A DNA stretch of 32,553 nucleotides from positions 1-32,553 of IMG/VR virus record IMGVR_UViG_3300025876_000070, one strand, 5' to 3'. Shown piece after piece: positions 1 through 8,215 of the stretch (its first letter is position 1; each line of letters starts with the position of its first letter). The position numbers and the translations under genes were made by a program. The DNA comes from a virus. Lineage: Duplodnaviria; Caudoviricetes. A model generated the notes under the pieces. It did no database searches, was not told where the DNA came from, and was given only the letters and a program-made list of their open reading frames with translations.

Positions 1-145
1 GTTTTCTTGCAATATCTGCTGTTCATATTCTTTTTGTGCAGTGACCGCAGATTCTTTATGAACCTCTAGGGCTTGCGACTCAGCTTCAAACAACGCTTTG
101 TTTTGCAAGTATTCAGATGGGTTTCTTTGTGACATCTCTACCCAG
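1..145. repeat. Terminal direct repeat, copy 1 (circular contig overlap)
   Basis: 1-145 matches 32409-32553 except C19/T32427 (CAG vs CAA, both Gln on the minus strand). The repeat lies inside an open gene, so it is an assembly overlap of a circular or permuted genome of ~32,408 bp. Confidence 0.95.
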
Positions 146-633
146 TTTACATCTTTCCAGCGCTGATCGAATAATCTATCCAACGTAGCTGTTTCAGTAT
201 GCACTGACTCAATTACATTGTGTAGTTCTTCCATGCGCTGTATTGATTGTTTGGTAGCTTCAGCCGCAGCTTGTTGCGCTCTAGTTGTTTCAGCTTGTGA
301 CCGCTTAACTTCATCTGCAATAACAGATTGTGCTTCAGCAGGCAGTGATGAGAAAACATCTTTTGCGCCATCTGTCCAGAATTGAGGTGCATCGATTGAC
401 GGAACATCATCTTCCGCTTCAACTTCCTCAACTTCTTCATCTTCAAGGTTGACCTCGCTATCGTCAGGCTCCTCATCAGTGTCGATGGTTTCTGGTTCAC
501 CATCTAGTTCAGTATCTTCTGTTTCTACTTCTTCTACAGCATTTGTAGTTTCTGCTTCTTCAGGCTTTGGCGGTTCTAACTGTGTTAGCTCGTTAACAGC
601 TTGGTCGATACTTAAGGGGGCTTCATTACTCAT
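1..633 (-). CDS. Capsid scaffolding protein, 5' part (continues at 32408..32070; 323 aa in total)
   Basis: Translated by hand from ATG at 633: MSNEAPLSIDQAVNELTQLEPPKPEEAETT..., very acidic, open to base 1 and in frame with ORF 32070..32543. GGAG SD at 642-645. Located between portal and MCP. Confidence 0.85.
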   Translation of the reverse strand, partial: MSNEAPLSIDQAVNELTQLEPPKPEEAETTNAVEEVETEDTELDGEPETIDTDEEPDDSEVNLEDEEVEEVEAEDDVPSIDAPQFWTDGAKDVFSSLPAEAQSVIADEVKRSQAETTRAQQAAAEATKQSIQRMEELHNVIESVHTETATLDRLFDQRWKDVNWVEMSQRNPSEYLQNKALFEAESQALEVHKESAVTAQKEYEQQILQEN

Positions 634-636
634 TTC

Positions 637-879
637 TTAGACTCCTTCTTGGTTGATCTTATGAGTGTCAATGTAGTTGTTTAGTTTACGTGGAATCTCA
701 CGGCACACATTGATAAGCGCTATAAGTTCACGTCTTTTATGTTCTTCCTCTGGTTTAGTTTTTAGCAAGTTTTCCATTGCTGTTTCTTCCATGTTTTTTA
801 GTGCTGCGGTTGTCAGCTTTAGCTCACGTTTTGCTTGTGCTGCATCAGCACTTGCTTCTGCTTTGTCCTTTTTAATCAT
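637..879 (-). CDS. Small helical protein between portal and scaffold
   Basis: 80-aa ORF overlapping the portal stop codon; a position commonly occupied in podoviral head modules. Confidence 0.7.
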   Translation of the reverse strand: MIKKDKAEASADAAQAKRELKLTTAALKNMEETAMENLLKTKPEEEHKRRELIALINVCREIPRKLNNYIDTHKINQEGV

Positions 880-2921
880 GTAATTAGGCTACCTCCCGGT
901 CTAAATGATGACATCTTTTCTTTCATTTGTAGTTCATATTTGCGCATCTCAATAGCTAGTGCTGTTTCACGCTCTAACTTATCACGCTCAATAGCATCAG
1001 CCTGTGCTAACTTTTCACGCTCTAGCTGCATCTTGCTATCTATTTCATACTTCTTGAGTTCCATTTCTTGCTGTTTAGCTTGCGCATCAGCCTGTGCTTT
1101 AACTTGTGCATCAGTTGGTGGTGGTGGCCCATCTTCAGGCATTTCTTGTGGTGCAGGGAAATAAAGTTCTGGCGCTTTCATGCCAGCTTTCTCTGCAAAC
1201 CTAACTAATGCAGCGTGTATGCTCTGCGGTGTTGCTAATGATCCTTCTGGCGCACCGCCTTGTTGCTGTACGATTTGCGCTTGTAAGTTGATAACTTCAC
1301 GCGCTAACATAGCTTCTTGTCGCTTACCACCAGCACCAACGCCAATCTCAATAGTCATATCGTTACGTCTGCCCCACTTAGTAGGGTCTACTTGTGTCCA
1401 TTTACCTCTAAGACGTACATAATCAGCTTCTGTTGCATATTCTTTAATAAGACAATGTATACCAAGCATCATGTCTTTGATGCCGCCTTCAGCAAAGATA
1501 CGTGCCATCAATCTTGTACGCTTCTTGCCTTCAGATAGCATTGTAAGTGCACCTGATGCAGTATCGTGCAGTGTGTCAGCCTTCATACCTGTTTCACCGC
1601 GCATTATACCTGTGCGACGCTCTGCCATGACATTTGCTGTTTCTAATGCAGACAAATAATCAAAACCACTGCCAGCCAATCTTACAGGTCTTACAGCACC
1701 GCCATTGCGTGAACGTATAGGCGCACCAGGCGTATTGTTAAGCAAATCAGATATAGTGTTTTCATTTGCACCATCTTCTGACACTTCCATGCGTTGATTA
1801 AGGCTAAATGACAGTTCATCTAGCATATGACGTTGTATGCCTGTTTTTACACGCTGTACTTCAATAAGCTTGTCAGCCAATGATAAACCATAAAACCTGT
1901 GCGGCATTGGGTACGGGCAAATGCTTGAGTATTGTATATACTGCGCATCTTCTACGCTTAAAACTGTAGTGCTGTCGTAATCTGTAATTAATCGTTTTAT
2001 CTGGCCTTCAACACGTATGTAGTGCTCAAGTATTGTGACTTGCTGCATTGGCCCAATGCTGTTGCTGTAATTATCATCAATAGTATCAACATCTCTAGCA
2101 TCAGATATGGTTTCATTGTCCATAGCGTCTACATTAGTTAGGTTGTTTACTTTCTCTGGGTCATAACCTTTATCTAGCAAATCTTGTTTACGTGTTTCTA
2201 TTTGTGCAACGCAGTACGCTGCATCTCTAAGTCTTACTGTATCTCTACCAACAGCAAAACGCTCGCTTGGTATTGTTTCAACTTTAACCTGTCCTTTAGT
2301 TATCTCTTTACTAAATACAGCGTTAGTTATAATTATTTCATCTTCACCAATTTCTTCTACAACGCCATCTGTTAACTGATAACCTTGATCTAGCAAAGTC
2401 ATGTAACCAAGGCCATCTAGCTGGTCAAAGTTTTTAGTGTCTAAATACGTATCTTCTTCCCAATACCAACGAAATATACCTGTCTTTAGTAACAGCGCTT
2501 CTTTGATTCCATCATATAATATTTGAAAGCCGTTATTTTGCTCAAAGAAAACATGATTAATGTAATCTGTTTCTTGTTGTGCAGCTTCCTCATCTTCAAT
2601 ACCTACAGGCTGAAATACAGCAACATCTTCGCCTGATAGCACATCAACCAAGTCAGGCAACACTGCCTCAATGTTATCTGCTATGTCTGTGCTAACAGTC
2701 TTACTACGCTGTCCAAATACAGATACATCAAACACATCACCATTGTAATAACGCAGCGCTATTTCTCTTGATGACGTTAAATCGCTATCATGCGACATAC
2801 CAATGCTTTGTGAAAACTCAGCACGTACCATTGAAAGCAAATCATCATTGCCAGCATCATCAACACCGCTTGCAGTGTTGTTTGAATCATCTACGCCTAA
2901 ATCATTATCATATTTTAGCAT
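876..2921 (-). CDS. Portal protein (P22/SU10-like)
   Basis: ~680 aa directly after TerL. Motifs ALRYYNG, AAQQETDYINHVF, ALLLKTGI, PMPHRFYGLSLAD, ERRTG and a Q/E/K coiled-coil C-terminal barrel. Start likely at 2921 (MLKYD), just after the TerL stop. Confidence 0.9.
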   Translation of the reverse strand: MLKYDNDLGVDDSNNTASGVDDAGNDDLLSMVRAEFSQSIGMSHDSDLTSSREIALRYYNGDVFDVSVFGQRSKTVSTDIADNIEAVLPDLVDVLSGEDVAVFQPVGIEDEEAAQQETDYINHVFFEQNNGFQILYDGIKEALLLKTGIFRWYWEEDTYLDTKNFDQLDGLGYMTLLDQGYQLTDGVVEEIGEDEIIITNAVFSKEITKGQVKVETIPSERFAVGRDTVRLRDAAYCVAQIETRKQDLLDKGYDPEKVNNLTNVDAMDNETISDARDVDTIDDNYSNSIGPMQQVTILEHYIRVEGQIKRLITDYDSTTVLSVEDAQYIQYSSICPYPMPHRFYGLSLADKLIEVQRVKTGIQRHMLDELSFSLNQRMEVSEDGANENTISDLLNNTPGAPIRSRNGGAVRPVRLAGSGFDYLSALETANVMAERRTGIMRGETGMKADTLHDTASGALTMLSEGKKRTRLMARIFAEGGIKDMMLGIHCLIKEYATEADYVRLRGKWTQVDPTKWGRRNDMTIEIGVGAGGKRQEAMLAREVINLQAQIVQQQGGAPEGSLATPQSIHAALVRFAEKAGMKAPELYFPAPQEMPEDGPPPPTDAQVKAQADAQAKQQEMELKKYEIDSKMQLEREKLAQADAIERDKLERETALAIEMRKYELQMKEKMSSFRPGGSLIT

Positions 2922-2922
2922 A

Positions 2923-4239
2923 TTATATTGCACTTCCATAATTAGGCATTACCAACGGCTTTGCCTTTTTTATTTTAAATTTATCTGACATCAGCGCCAT
3001 TAAACCAAAGCTGTCAGCATCATGTGATGACCAATCGTGATTTGGGCCTAATCCTACATCTCTACTATCTGATGGTCTTTTTTCGTGATACCATCCTAAT
3101 GCAGCACGCCCAGCTTCTGTTTTATCTTTTACAAACTTACATTTAGGCAGTATGCGTCTTACAGCTTCAACACGTTGCATTGCTGCGCCTTTGCCTTGGT
3201 TTGGTAATGGTTTTAACACCTCAAATCCACCATCTCTCCAGTGATCTTCTACTCTTTTACCTGTCCAACTATTTTCATTTACACCATCATGCGGCAGTTG
3301 CATTATAGCGTGAGGCCATCGTCTACGCATCTCATTGATGTGATAACTTAGCACCTGACCTTGTGCTATGTAATGATCCAGCACGTTTATCCAATCACCT
3401 ACAAATTGCGCTAACCAAATAGTATAACTATCAGCTTTAGCACCAGAGCCACCAATATCGTGAAAACCATAAACAGGTAGTGCTGGGTCGATTGGTAACA
3501 TATCAACTATACGGCCTTCACGTTTAGCGTTAGCTAGTAACTTACTAAAATACGCACCTTCATGCACACTGGCATAGTCGCCTTCCCATATCCATTCATA
3601 ACTGTCTGGTCGTTTTTCTTGATCTTCTAATCTTTGGCTAGCTAACCGGGTTCTGTTAAACCAAGGATTATCTTTCCAATTCATTTCAACTATTTTACTG
3701 CCAGCTGGCGGTGTTAGTCTAAAACGCCTATCTGTTGCGCTGTTCTTACGTTCCGGGTTCCATGTTACCCATACTTCAGAATCTACTTCACGTATTGTTG
3801 GCAGCAACTTAGCCCATGCTAATTCACTAACAGGTTCAGCCTCATCTACCCAGCACAGCATTATACGCGCTTTTGACTTAATGCTTTCAAGGTTATGCCT
3901 TAGTCCAGCAAACGTGTAATCTATTCTACCGGGCAAATGGTCTGCTGTTCTTACATACTTTTCGCCAACATCATAACAGCTAGTTAGCCATTCGTTACCA
4001 AGTATTGCAGCTTTTACTTCTGCTAGTGATGAATCATCAAGTGAGTTTAAGTGCTCCCGGCAACACAGTATCTGTCCGCTATTACCTTCACTAGCCCAAA
4101 TAGCACCCCTAACCGCACTCATCATAGCAAAGCTGCGTGTTTTAGCACTACCTCTGCCGCCATAAGCACCGCGCACTTCTGCGTCACCTTCAAATACAGG
4201 TATTAGTTTTGCTGGTAACTCTAAGTTAAGTGTCGTCAT
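2923..4239 (-). CDS. terL: Terminase large subunit (PBSX/Terminase_3-like)
   Basis: Walker A YGGRGSAKT, Walker B CWVDEAE, coupling motif TWNP, NWKDNPWF, and RNase H-like nuclease with HDIG and SHDADSF. Confidence 0.95.
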   Translation of the reverse strand: MTTLNLELPAKLIPVFEGDAEVRGAYGGRGSAKTRSFAMMSAVRGAIWASEGNSGQILCCREHLNSLDDSSLAEVKAAILGNEWLTSCYDVGEKYVRTADHLPGRIDYTFAGLRHNLESIKSKARIMLCWVDEAEPVSELAWAKLLPTIREVDSEVWVTWNPERKNSATDRRFRLTPPAGSKIVEMNWKDNPWFNRTRLASQRLEDQEKRPDSYEWIWEGDYASVHEGAYFSKLLANAKREGRIVDMLPIDPALPVYGFHDIGGSGAKADSYTIWLAQFVGDWINVLDHYIAQGQVLSYHINEMRRRWPHAIMQLPHDGVNENSWTGKRVEDHWRDGGFEVLKPLPNQGKGAAMQRVEAVRRILPKCKFVKDKTEAGRAALGWYHEKRPSDSRDVGLGPNHDWSSHDADSFGLMALMSDKFKIKKAKPLVMPNYGSAI

Positions 4240-4516
4240 TATCTGGCGCTACTAACTCTATGCGTGTAACAACTTTAAATGGTTCACCGCTATCATCATT
4301 AGCCACTTGCATTGGCAGTACCTTACCTAGCAATCCCATAAATGCAGTTGGATTATCTAAGGCTCGATCTGTTAAATACTTAACCATACCATCTTCTTCA
4401 TTGCCACCAGCTCGCTGTGCAGCAGTTAATATAGCATCTTTAAGTAGTGCAGTTTGCTTATTAGGTACGCCTTTTTTGCGACCACCTGTTTTTTTACGTT
4501 TAGGCTTTTCTACCAT
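4226..4516 (-). CDS. terS: Terminase small subunit
   Basis: KTGGRKKGVPNK N-terminus, FMGLLGKVLP and RIELV C-terminus; overlaps the TerL start. Confidence 0.8.
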   Translation of the reverse strand: MVEKPKRKKTGGRKKGVPNKQTALLKDAILTAAQRAGGNEEDGMVKYLTDRALDNPTAFMGLLGKVLPMQVANDDSGEPFKVVTRIELVAPDNDDT

Positions 4517-4563
4517 GTTTCTACTTTTATCTACTTTAGACTTTCTATTATGTTTTATGGTGG

Positions 4564-4671
4564 TTAATATCTACGCTTTTTTACTGTCTTGCGTTTATAT
4601 GTGCCTTTTTTCATGCAACGTTTATTATTCTTACACGTTACCGGGGAAGTACAGGATTTACATAAAACCAT
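4564..4671 (-). CDS. 35-aa Cys-rich basic microprotein (not in the ORF track)
   Basis: MVLCKSCTSPVTCKNNKRCMKKGTYKRKTVKKRRY*, with an AGGAG SD at 4686-4682, 10 nt upstream of the ATG. Confidence 0.65.
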   Translation of the reverse strand: MVLCKSCTSPVTCKNNKRCMKKGTYKRKTVKKRRY

Positions 4672-4701
4672 TTTTTAAAAACTCCTATTATTCAAAAGCA
4701 T

Positions 4702-4757
4702 AGCAAGCCTTACTGCTGTAATGCGTACAGCTAGGAGGCGAGGCTACCTAAGTACGC
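4702..4757 (-). promoter_or_regulatory. Structured late leader: GC-rich hairpin with GGTAGC (ops-core-like), then a weak terminator-like hairpin
   Basis: Minus strand GCGTAC-TTAGG-tagcctcgcct-CCTAG-ct-GTACGC (4757-4723), then AGCAG-taagg-CTTGCT (4717-4702) followed by ATGCTTTT. Confidence 0.5.
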
Positions 4758-4775
4758 GCGGCCCGATCTAACATA

Positions 4776-4804
4776 GATTTACTATATATGGGGTTTTGTG
4801 TCAA
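4776..4804 (-). promoter_or_regulatory. Putative sigma70 late promoter
   Basis: Perfect -35 TTGACA (4804-4799), 17-nt spacer, TAAATC (4781-4776), directly after the NusG-like gene. Confidence 0.6.
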
Positions 4805-4829
4805 TATAGCAACACATATTGTGTTTATA

Positions 4830-5387
4830 TCACACTTTTATACTATCAATCATGGCTGTTACCTTCCGGGTACTAGACAAAAACTCCATCAATAAATCAA
4901 TCTGGTCGTTCATTTGCCTGTCTACTGTTAGGTCTATGCCTTGCAATGGCCCAGCTTTAAACCTTACCTTTTGCCCTTTAATAAATTTTGGCGCACTATA
5001 GTCAATCTTGCGCTGTCTGTTTTTGCCTATGTGTACGTTAGGTATGTAGCCTGTAGGATAAGCAACACGTAATGAAGCAATAACATCATCTTTTATTTGA
5101 TATAAATCACTGTCATCTTTCATTATGATGCCATAAATATCTTTACACTTTTGTGTTGCTATAGAAAGCTTTGGCAAGTCTGTGCGTATATCTATCTTGA
5201 AAAACAAATAACCTGTAAACACCGGGACTATATATGTTGTTCTTTGCCGCGCCTTTCTTTGCACATGACTTGATCTTAATATGCGTGTGTCAAAAGGTGT
5301 ATAACAGCTAATACCTTCTTTATCTAAAAAATCATGGATAGACAGCTCTCTGTTAGTTCTAGTTTTGAGTATGTGCCAGCTAGTCAT
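4830..5387 (-). CDS. NusG/RfaH-family transcription antiterminator (NGN + KOW)
   Basis: NGN motifs WHILKTRTNRE, EGISCYTP and PVFTGYLF; KOW motif FIKGQKVRFKAGPLQG; C-terminal LLMEFLSSTRKV. Start likely MTSWH at 5387. Confidence 0.85.
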   Translation of the reverse strand: MTSWHILKTRTNRELSIHDFLDKEGISCYTPFDTRILRSSHVQRKARQRTTYIVPVFTGYLFFKIDIRTDLPKLSIATQKCKDIYGIIMKDDSDLYQIKDDVIASLRVAYPTGYIPNVHIGKNRQRKIDYSAPKFIKGQKVRFKAGPLQGIDLTVDRQMNDQIDLLMEFLSSTRKVTAMIDSIKV

Positions 5388-6048
5388 TGCTTTTATCTTC
5401 AGGCACAATATCTACTTTAAAACTACAGGTCTTTTTCATGTTTAATGCCTGTCTTAATGTACCCCGGTATCTGTAACGTTTTTGTATTGTTGTTGCTTTA
5501 CCTGACATATGCAGCCAAGCATCACCGCTTGTTGTCCTTAAGTAAAAACCTTTACCGGGTTTTGCGAACGATGCTGTGACTAGATTATCTTCTAACTCAG
5601 TAACTGTATTAAAACCTAGCCTTTTGATAAACTTATCAGTCCATTCAATATTTACCACATTGTTGTGTTTGTTACGTTTAGGAAAACTTGTAGGGCTATA
5701 CTTTCTCATTTTTACAAAAGTCTTGTCGCCCATCTTAAGCGTTTTTATTATAGCAGCAACAGCGTAGCCATCATGCCAGAGATTGCTCGCTTTATATATA
5801 GTCACAGGGTCTTTATAACGTGTGATCTGCATAGGCTTTGCTGCCACTAATTTTATTTTTTTATTTTTAGGTCTGTGCATCTGACCATATCCGCGTTTTG
5901 GTAATATATGCCTGTTTCTATATGCAAACAGTTGTAACGCATGATAAGTACAGCCTAATCTTTCAGCAATTTGATGTGTGTTTAATTCTGCATTAGCCCA
6001 TAACTTAGCAGCTAACTCTTTTTTACTATCTGACCAATGCTTTGCCAT
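5380..6048 (-). CDS. GcrA-like / tandem HTH regulator
   Basis: N-terminus WSDSKKELAAKLWANAELNTHQIAERLG resembles the GcrA N-terminal pattern W-x8-LW-x-GLSASQIA-x2-LG. A second degenerate copy reads NLWHDGYAVAAIIKTL. Confidence 0.55.
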   Translation of the reverse strand: MAKHWSDSKKELAAKLWANAELNTHQIAERLGCTYHALQLFAYRNRHILPKRGYGQMHRPKNKKIKLVAAKPMQITRYKDPVTIYKASNLWHDGYAVAAIIKTLKMGDKTFVKMRKYSPTSFPKRNKHNNVVNIEWTDKFIKRLGFNTVTELEDNLVTASFAKPGKGFYLRTTSGDAWLHMSGKATTIQKRYRYRGTLRQALNMKKTCSFKVDIVPEDKSND

Positions 6049-6050
6049 TA

Positions 6051-6290
6051 TCAGTGCTGTGTTTTGTCTGCGACTTGTATGTCATTAAATGTAATATTTT
6101 CATGCAGTATATAAGCTAATATATTGGCAAAGCTTTGCGATGGTGTTTCTTCTTCACCTTCTACTGGGGCAGTAGTTGTAGCTTGCACACTAAAAACACC
6201 GCCTAGCACACTGCCGTCGTCGAGCACAACAACAGCATCATTTCCTGTAACCTCTACATACTGTATAAATCTTTTTACAGTGTTATCCAT
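6051..6290 (-). CDS. Hypothetical protein, possibly leaderless
   Basis: 79-aa acidic ORF with no SD; TTGCTT-16-TAGTCT ends 7 nt upstream of the ATG. Confidence 0.65.
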   Translation of the reverse strand: MDNTVKRFIQYVEVTGNDAVVVLDDGSVLGGVFSVQATTTAPVEGEEETPSQSFANILAYILHENITFNDIQVADKTQH

Positions 6291-6303
6291 GTGCTAAGAC
6301 TAA

Positions 6304-6414
6304 CTAAATTAAACCATAAAGCAAGATAGTTAGTATAAAAATTATTATGACTTTTTTAGCAAAATGCACCGAAAAACTATTTGTGTTATCATAACTATGC
6401 TTGCCTTTATTCAT
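6304..6414 (-). CDS. 36-aa single-TM microprotein (not in the ORF track)
   Basis: MNKGKHSYDNTNSFSVHFAKKVIIIFILTILLYGLI*; starts 2 nt after the upstream stop and fills the gap. Confidence 0.45.
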   Translation of the reverse strand: MNKGKHSYDNTNSFSVHFAKKVIIIFILTILLYGLI

Positions 6415-6416
6415 AA

Positions 6417-6671
6417 TTAATACTCTGTTTCTTCGGTTGCGTACATACCGCCAAACTGCCTATCATGTTTACGCTCTAATATCTTCCATTCTCTTTCTTG
6501 TAAACCTTCTGCATCTATCTGATCCAACACATCTTCTATCTGCTCAGTTGTCATTGTATCTAGCAATCTATACATCATGATTTCCATGTCAAAAGGCAAG
6601 TTTTCAAACTCACCATACGCATCATTGTAGTCTCTTAATTCTTTTTCTGTCATTGCTGCTGTGCTAATCAT
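6417..6671 (-). CDS. Acidic hypothetical protein
   Basis: 84-aa ORF tightly packed with its neighbours. Confidence 0.7.
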   Translation of the reverse strand: MISTAAMTEKELRDYNDAYGEFENLPFDMEIMMYRLLDTMTTEQIEDVLDQIDAEGLQEREWKILERKHDRQFGGMYATEETEY

Positions 6672-6672
6672 A

Positions 6673-6849
6673 CTAACCTACCCATACCATTGCTGTTGCT
6701 GTAAATGTTATTACAAATGTAGAAAGCACTACAAAATTACATAAATCACGTAATACTTTTTTGCCCTCTGCAAGTGCCTCTGCTTTTTCTTGTTTATCCA
6801 TTAGATCAAAATCTAAATATATAAATTCATATTCTATTTGTTTGTTCAT
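6673..6849 (-). CDS. 58-aa protein with C-terminal TM helix (not in the ORF track)
   Basis: MNKQIEYEFIYLDFDLMDKQEKAEALAEGKKVLRDLCNFVVLSTFVITFTATAMVWVG*; RBS AAAGGATTAAAA-ATG. Confidence 0.7.
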   Translation of the reverse strand: MNKQIEYEFIYLDFDLMDKQEKAEALAEGKKVLRDLCNFVVLSTFVITFTATAMVWVG

Positions 6850-6887
6850 TTTTAATCCTTTATTTTAAAAGCTTGTTTGCCAAGTGT

Positions 6888-6907
6888 TTAGGGGCTTACG
6901 CCACTAA
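6888..6907 (-). terminator. GNRA-tetraloop hairpin after the YodL-like gene
   Basis: TTAGTGGC-GTAA-GCCCCTAA with one mismatch and no clear U-tract; a stability or pause hairpin, or a weak terminator. Confidence 0.35.
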
Positions 6908-6911
6908 TGTT

Positions 6912-7241
6912 TTAGTTAATGTTAATTTTATTAAACCCACAACTAGCTACTGCATAATATTCGCCATTCATTTTAAATATGTCGCTCGTGCTTGAGCTAG
7001 TACCCGGTCTATATCTTTTTATTAACTCTGGGTTTTGCCAATGGTTGGTGACTTCCCAAGCTTTTTCTAAATCATTAACATCAACTTCATAAACAGGCTC
7101 ATAATACGTAAAATCTTCTGCTGTAAAAGTCTTTGGTTTAAAATTAGCTCTATGTCTTACATCTGAATATTTTAAATATAACTCATTGTTACCATTTAAC
7201 TTGTTAAATATTTCTTCTTTGATTTGGTATATTGTAATCAT
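6912..7241 (-). CDS. YodL-like domain protein
   Basis: MITIYQI...YEPVYE...LEKAWEVTN...SSSTSDIF...YYAVASCGF resembles the YodL pattern IYQL...Y..VY...LE.IF..FN...SLSVSDVV...YYVD..GF. Start at 7241 with RBS AAAGGATTAAAA. Confidence 0.6.
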   Translation of the reverse strand: MITIYQIKEEIFNKLNGNNELYLKYSDVRHRANFKPKTFTAEDFTYYEPVYEVDVNDLEKAWEVTNHWQNPELIKRYRPGTSSSTSDIFKMNGEYYAVASCGFNKININ

Positions 7242-7269
7242 TTTTAATCCTTTGTTTTTGTCTATATAC

Positions 7270-7299
7270 ACAATATGGGTATTTTTTTTACATAATCAA
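7270..7299 (-). promoter_or_regulatory. Putative promoter for the YodL-like cassette
   Basis: TTGATT (7299-7294), 18-nt spacer, TATTGT (7275-7270). Confidence 0.4.
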
Positions 7300-7502
7300 G
7301 TGTTAAATGTATTTTTTTTACGTTTAATCTCAAAATCCTTCAGCTTCCGTATCTCTTGCGCCTTTAATTTATTAAATGACGTACCGCACCGGGCTAATGT
7401 TGAGCTAACGCTCTGAGGGGTAGTGTTACAAGCAAACGCTATTTGCTTTAAGCTAAACCAAGGCGTTCTATAAACTTCTTCATGTATTTTGTTAATAAGC
7501 AT
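7296..7502 (-). CDS. Small basic HTH-like protein
   Basis: SLKQIAFACNTTPQSVSSTLAR fits an HTH pattern; TAATG coupling to the MTase stop. Confidence 0.6.
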   Translation of the reverse strand: MLINKIHEEVYRTPWFSLKQIAFACNTTPQSVSSTLARCGTSFNKLKAQEIRKLKDFEIKRKKNTFNT

Positions 7503-8215
7503 TAAAACATATCCTCTTGTTTAGGTATTATTGGTTTGCTTGGCTGTTCTACAAACATATCTGGTTGCTCATAGGCTTTTCTAATACGCTCACACGCTAT
7601 GTCGAAGTAATCGGGGTCAAGCTCTATACCTGTAAACTTTCTGCCTAATTTAACGCAAGCAACACCTGTGGTTCCGCTGCCCATGAAAGGGTCGAGGATT
7701 GTTTCGGCGTTTTCTGGTAAGTGCTTTATACACCACTCCATAACTCCGACAGGTTTTTGTGTAAGGTGAACACGCTTTACACCGCGCTCAACACCCTTTC
7801 TTAAAAACCCTGACCACTGCCAAGTAATCATCCGAACAGCTTTTTTTAAATTAGTCCAAGCAAGCTCACAATCGGCAAAATCAGATTTTCCAGTCTCCTT
7901 ATTCCAAACAAGCCAGCAAGAGGATGGAGGCAAGTCAAAATAATTACCGCCAAAAATAATTTGGTTATTAGAACGATTCACCAACATATTTATTTGCTCA
8001 ACAGAGGCAGGTTCATGGTCAAAATCGCCTCCTTTATAGACTGTGCATTCTGCAAGTTTATGTCGTGATAGGTTCTTTTTTTGGCTCTCTCCAATCCCAT
8101 AAGGCGGGTCAGTAACAACAGCATCAAAATTGCCAAGCAAGGGCATGACCTCAAGGCAATCACCGAGTATTAATCGGCAATCGCCAATAGTCACATCTTT
8201 AATAATAGCCGTCAT
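7502..8215 (-). CDS. Beta-class N6A/N4C DNA methyltransferase 1
   Basis: LILGDC, catalytic TDPPY, HLTQKP and SAM-binding ILDPFMGSGTT...GIELD, with motif IV before motif I. Confidence 0.93.
   Translation of the reverse strand: MTAIIKDVTIGDCRLILGDCLEVMPLLGNFDAVVTDPPYGIGESQKKNLSRHKLAECTVYKGGDFDHEPASVEQINMLVNRSNNQIIFGGNYFDLPPSSCWLVWNKETGKSDFADCELAWTNLKKAVRMITWQWSGFLRKGVERGVKRVHLTQKPVGVMEWCIKHLPENAETILDPFMGSGTTGVACVKLGRKFTGIELDPDYFDIACERIRKAYEQPDMFVEQPSKPIIPKQEDMF

Noticed and set aside
213-503. 96-aa minus-strand ORF in the track
   Set aside because: Alternative frame inside the scaffold gene (633..1), which has an SD and continues across the junction.
4230-4703. 157-aa plus-strand ORF
   Set aside because: Antisense shadow of terS and the late leader, with no recognisable motif.
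4687-4770. tRNA or known riboswitch in the GC-rich leader
   Set aside because: No cloverleaf, T-loop or CCA, and no aptamer consensus that I recognise.
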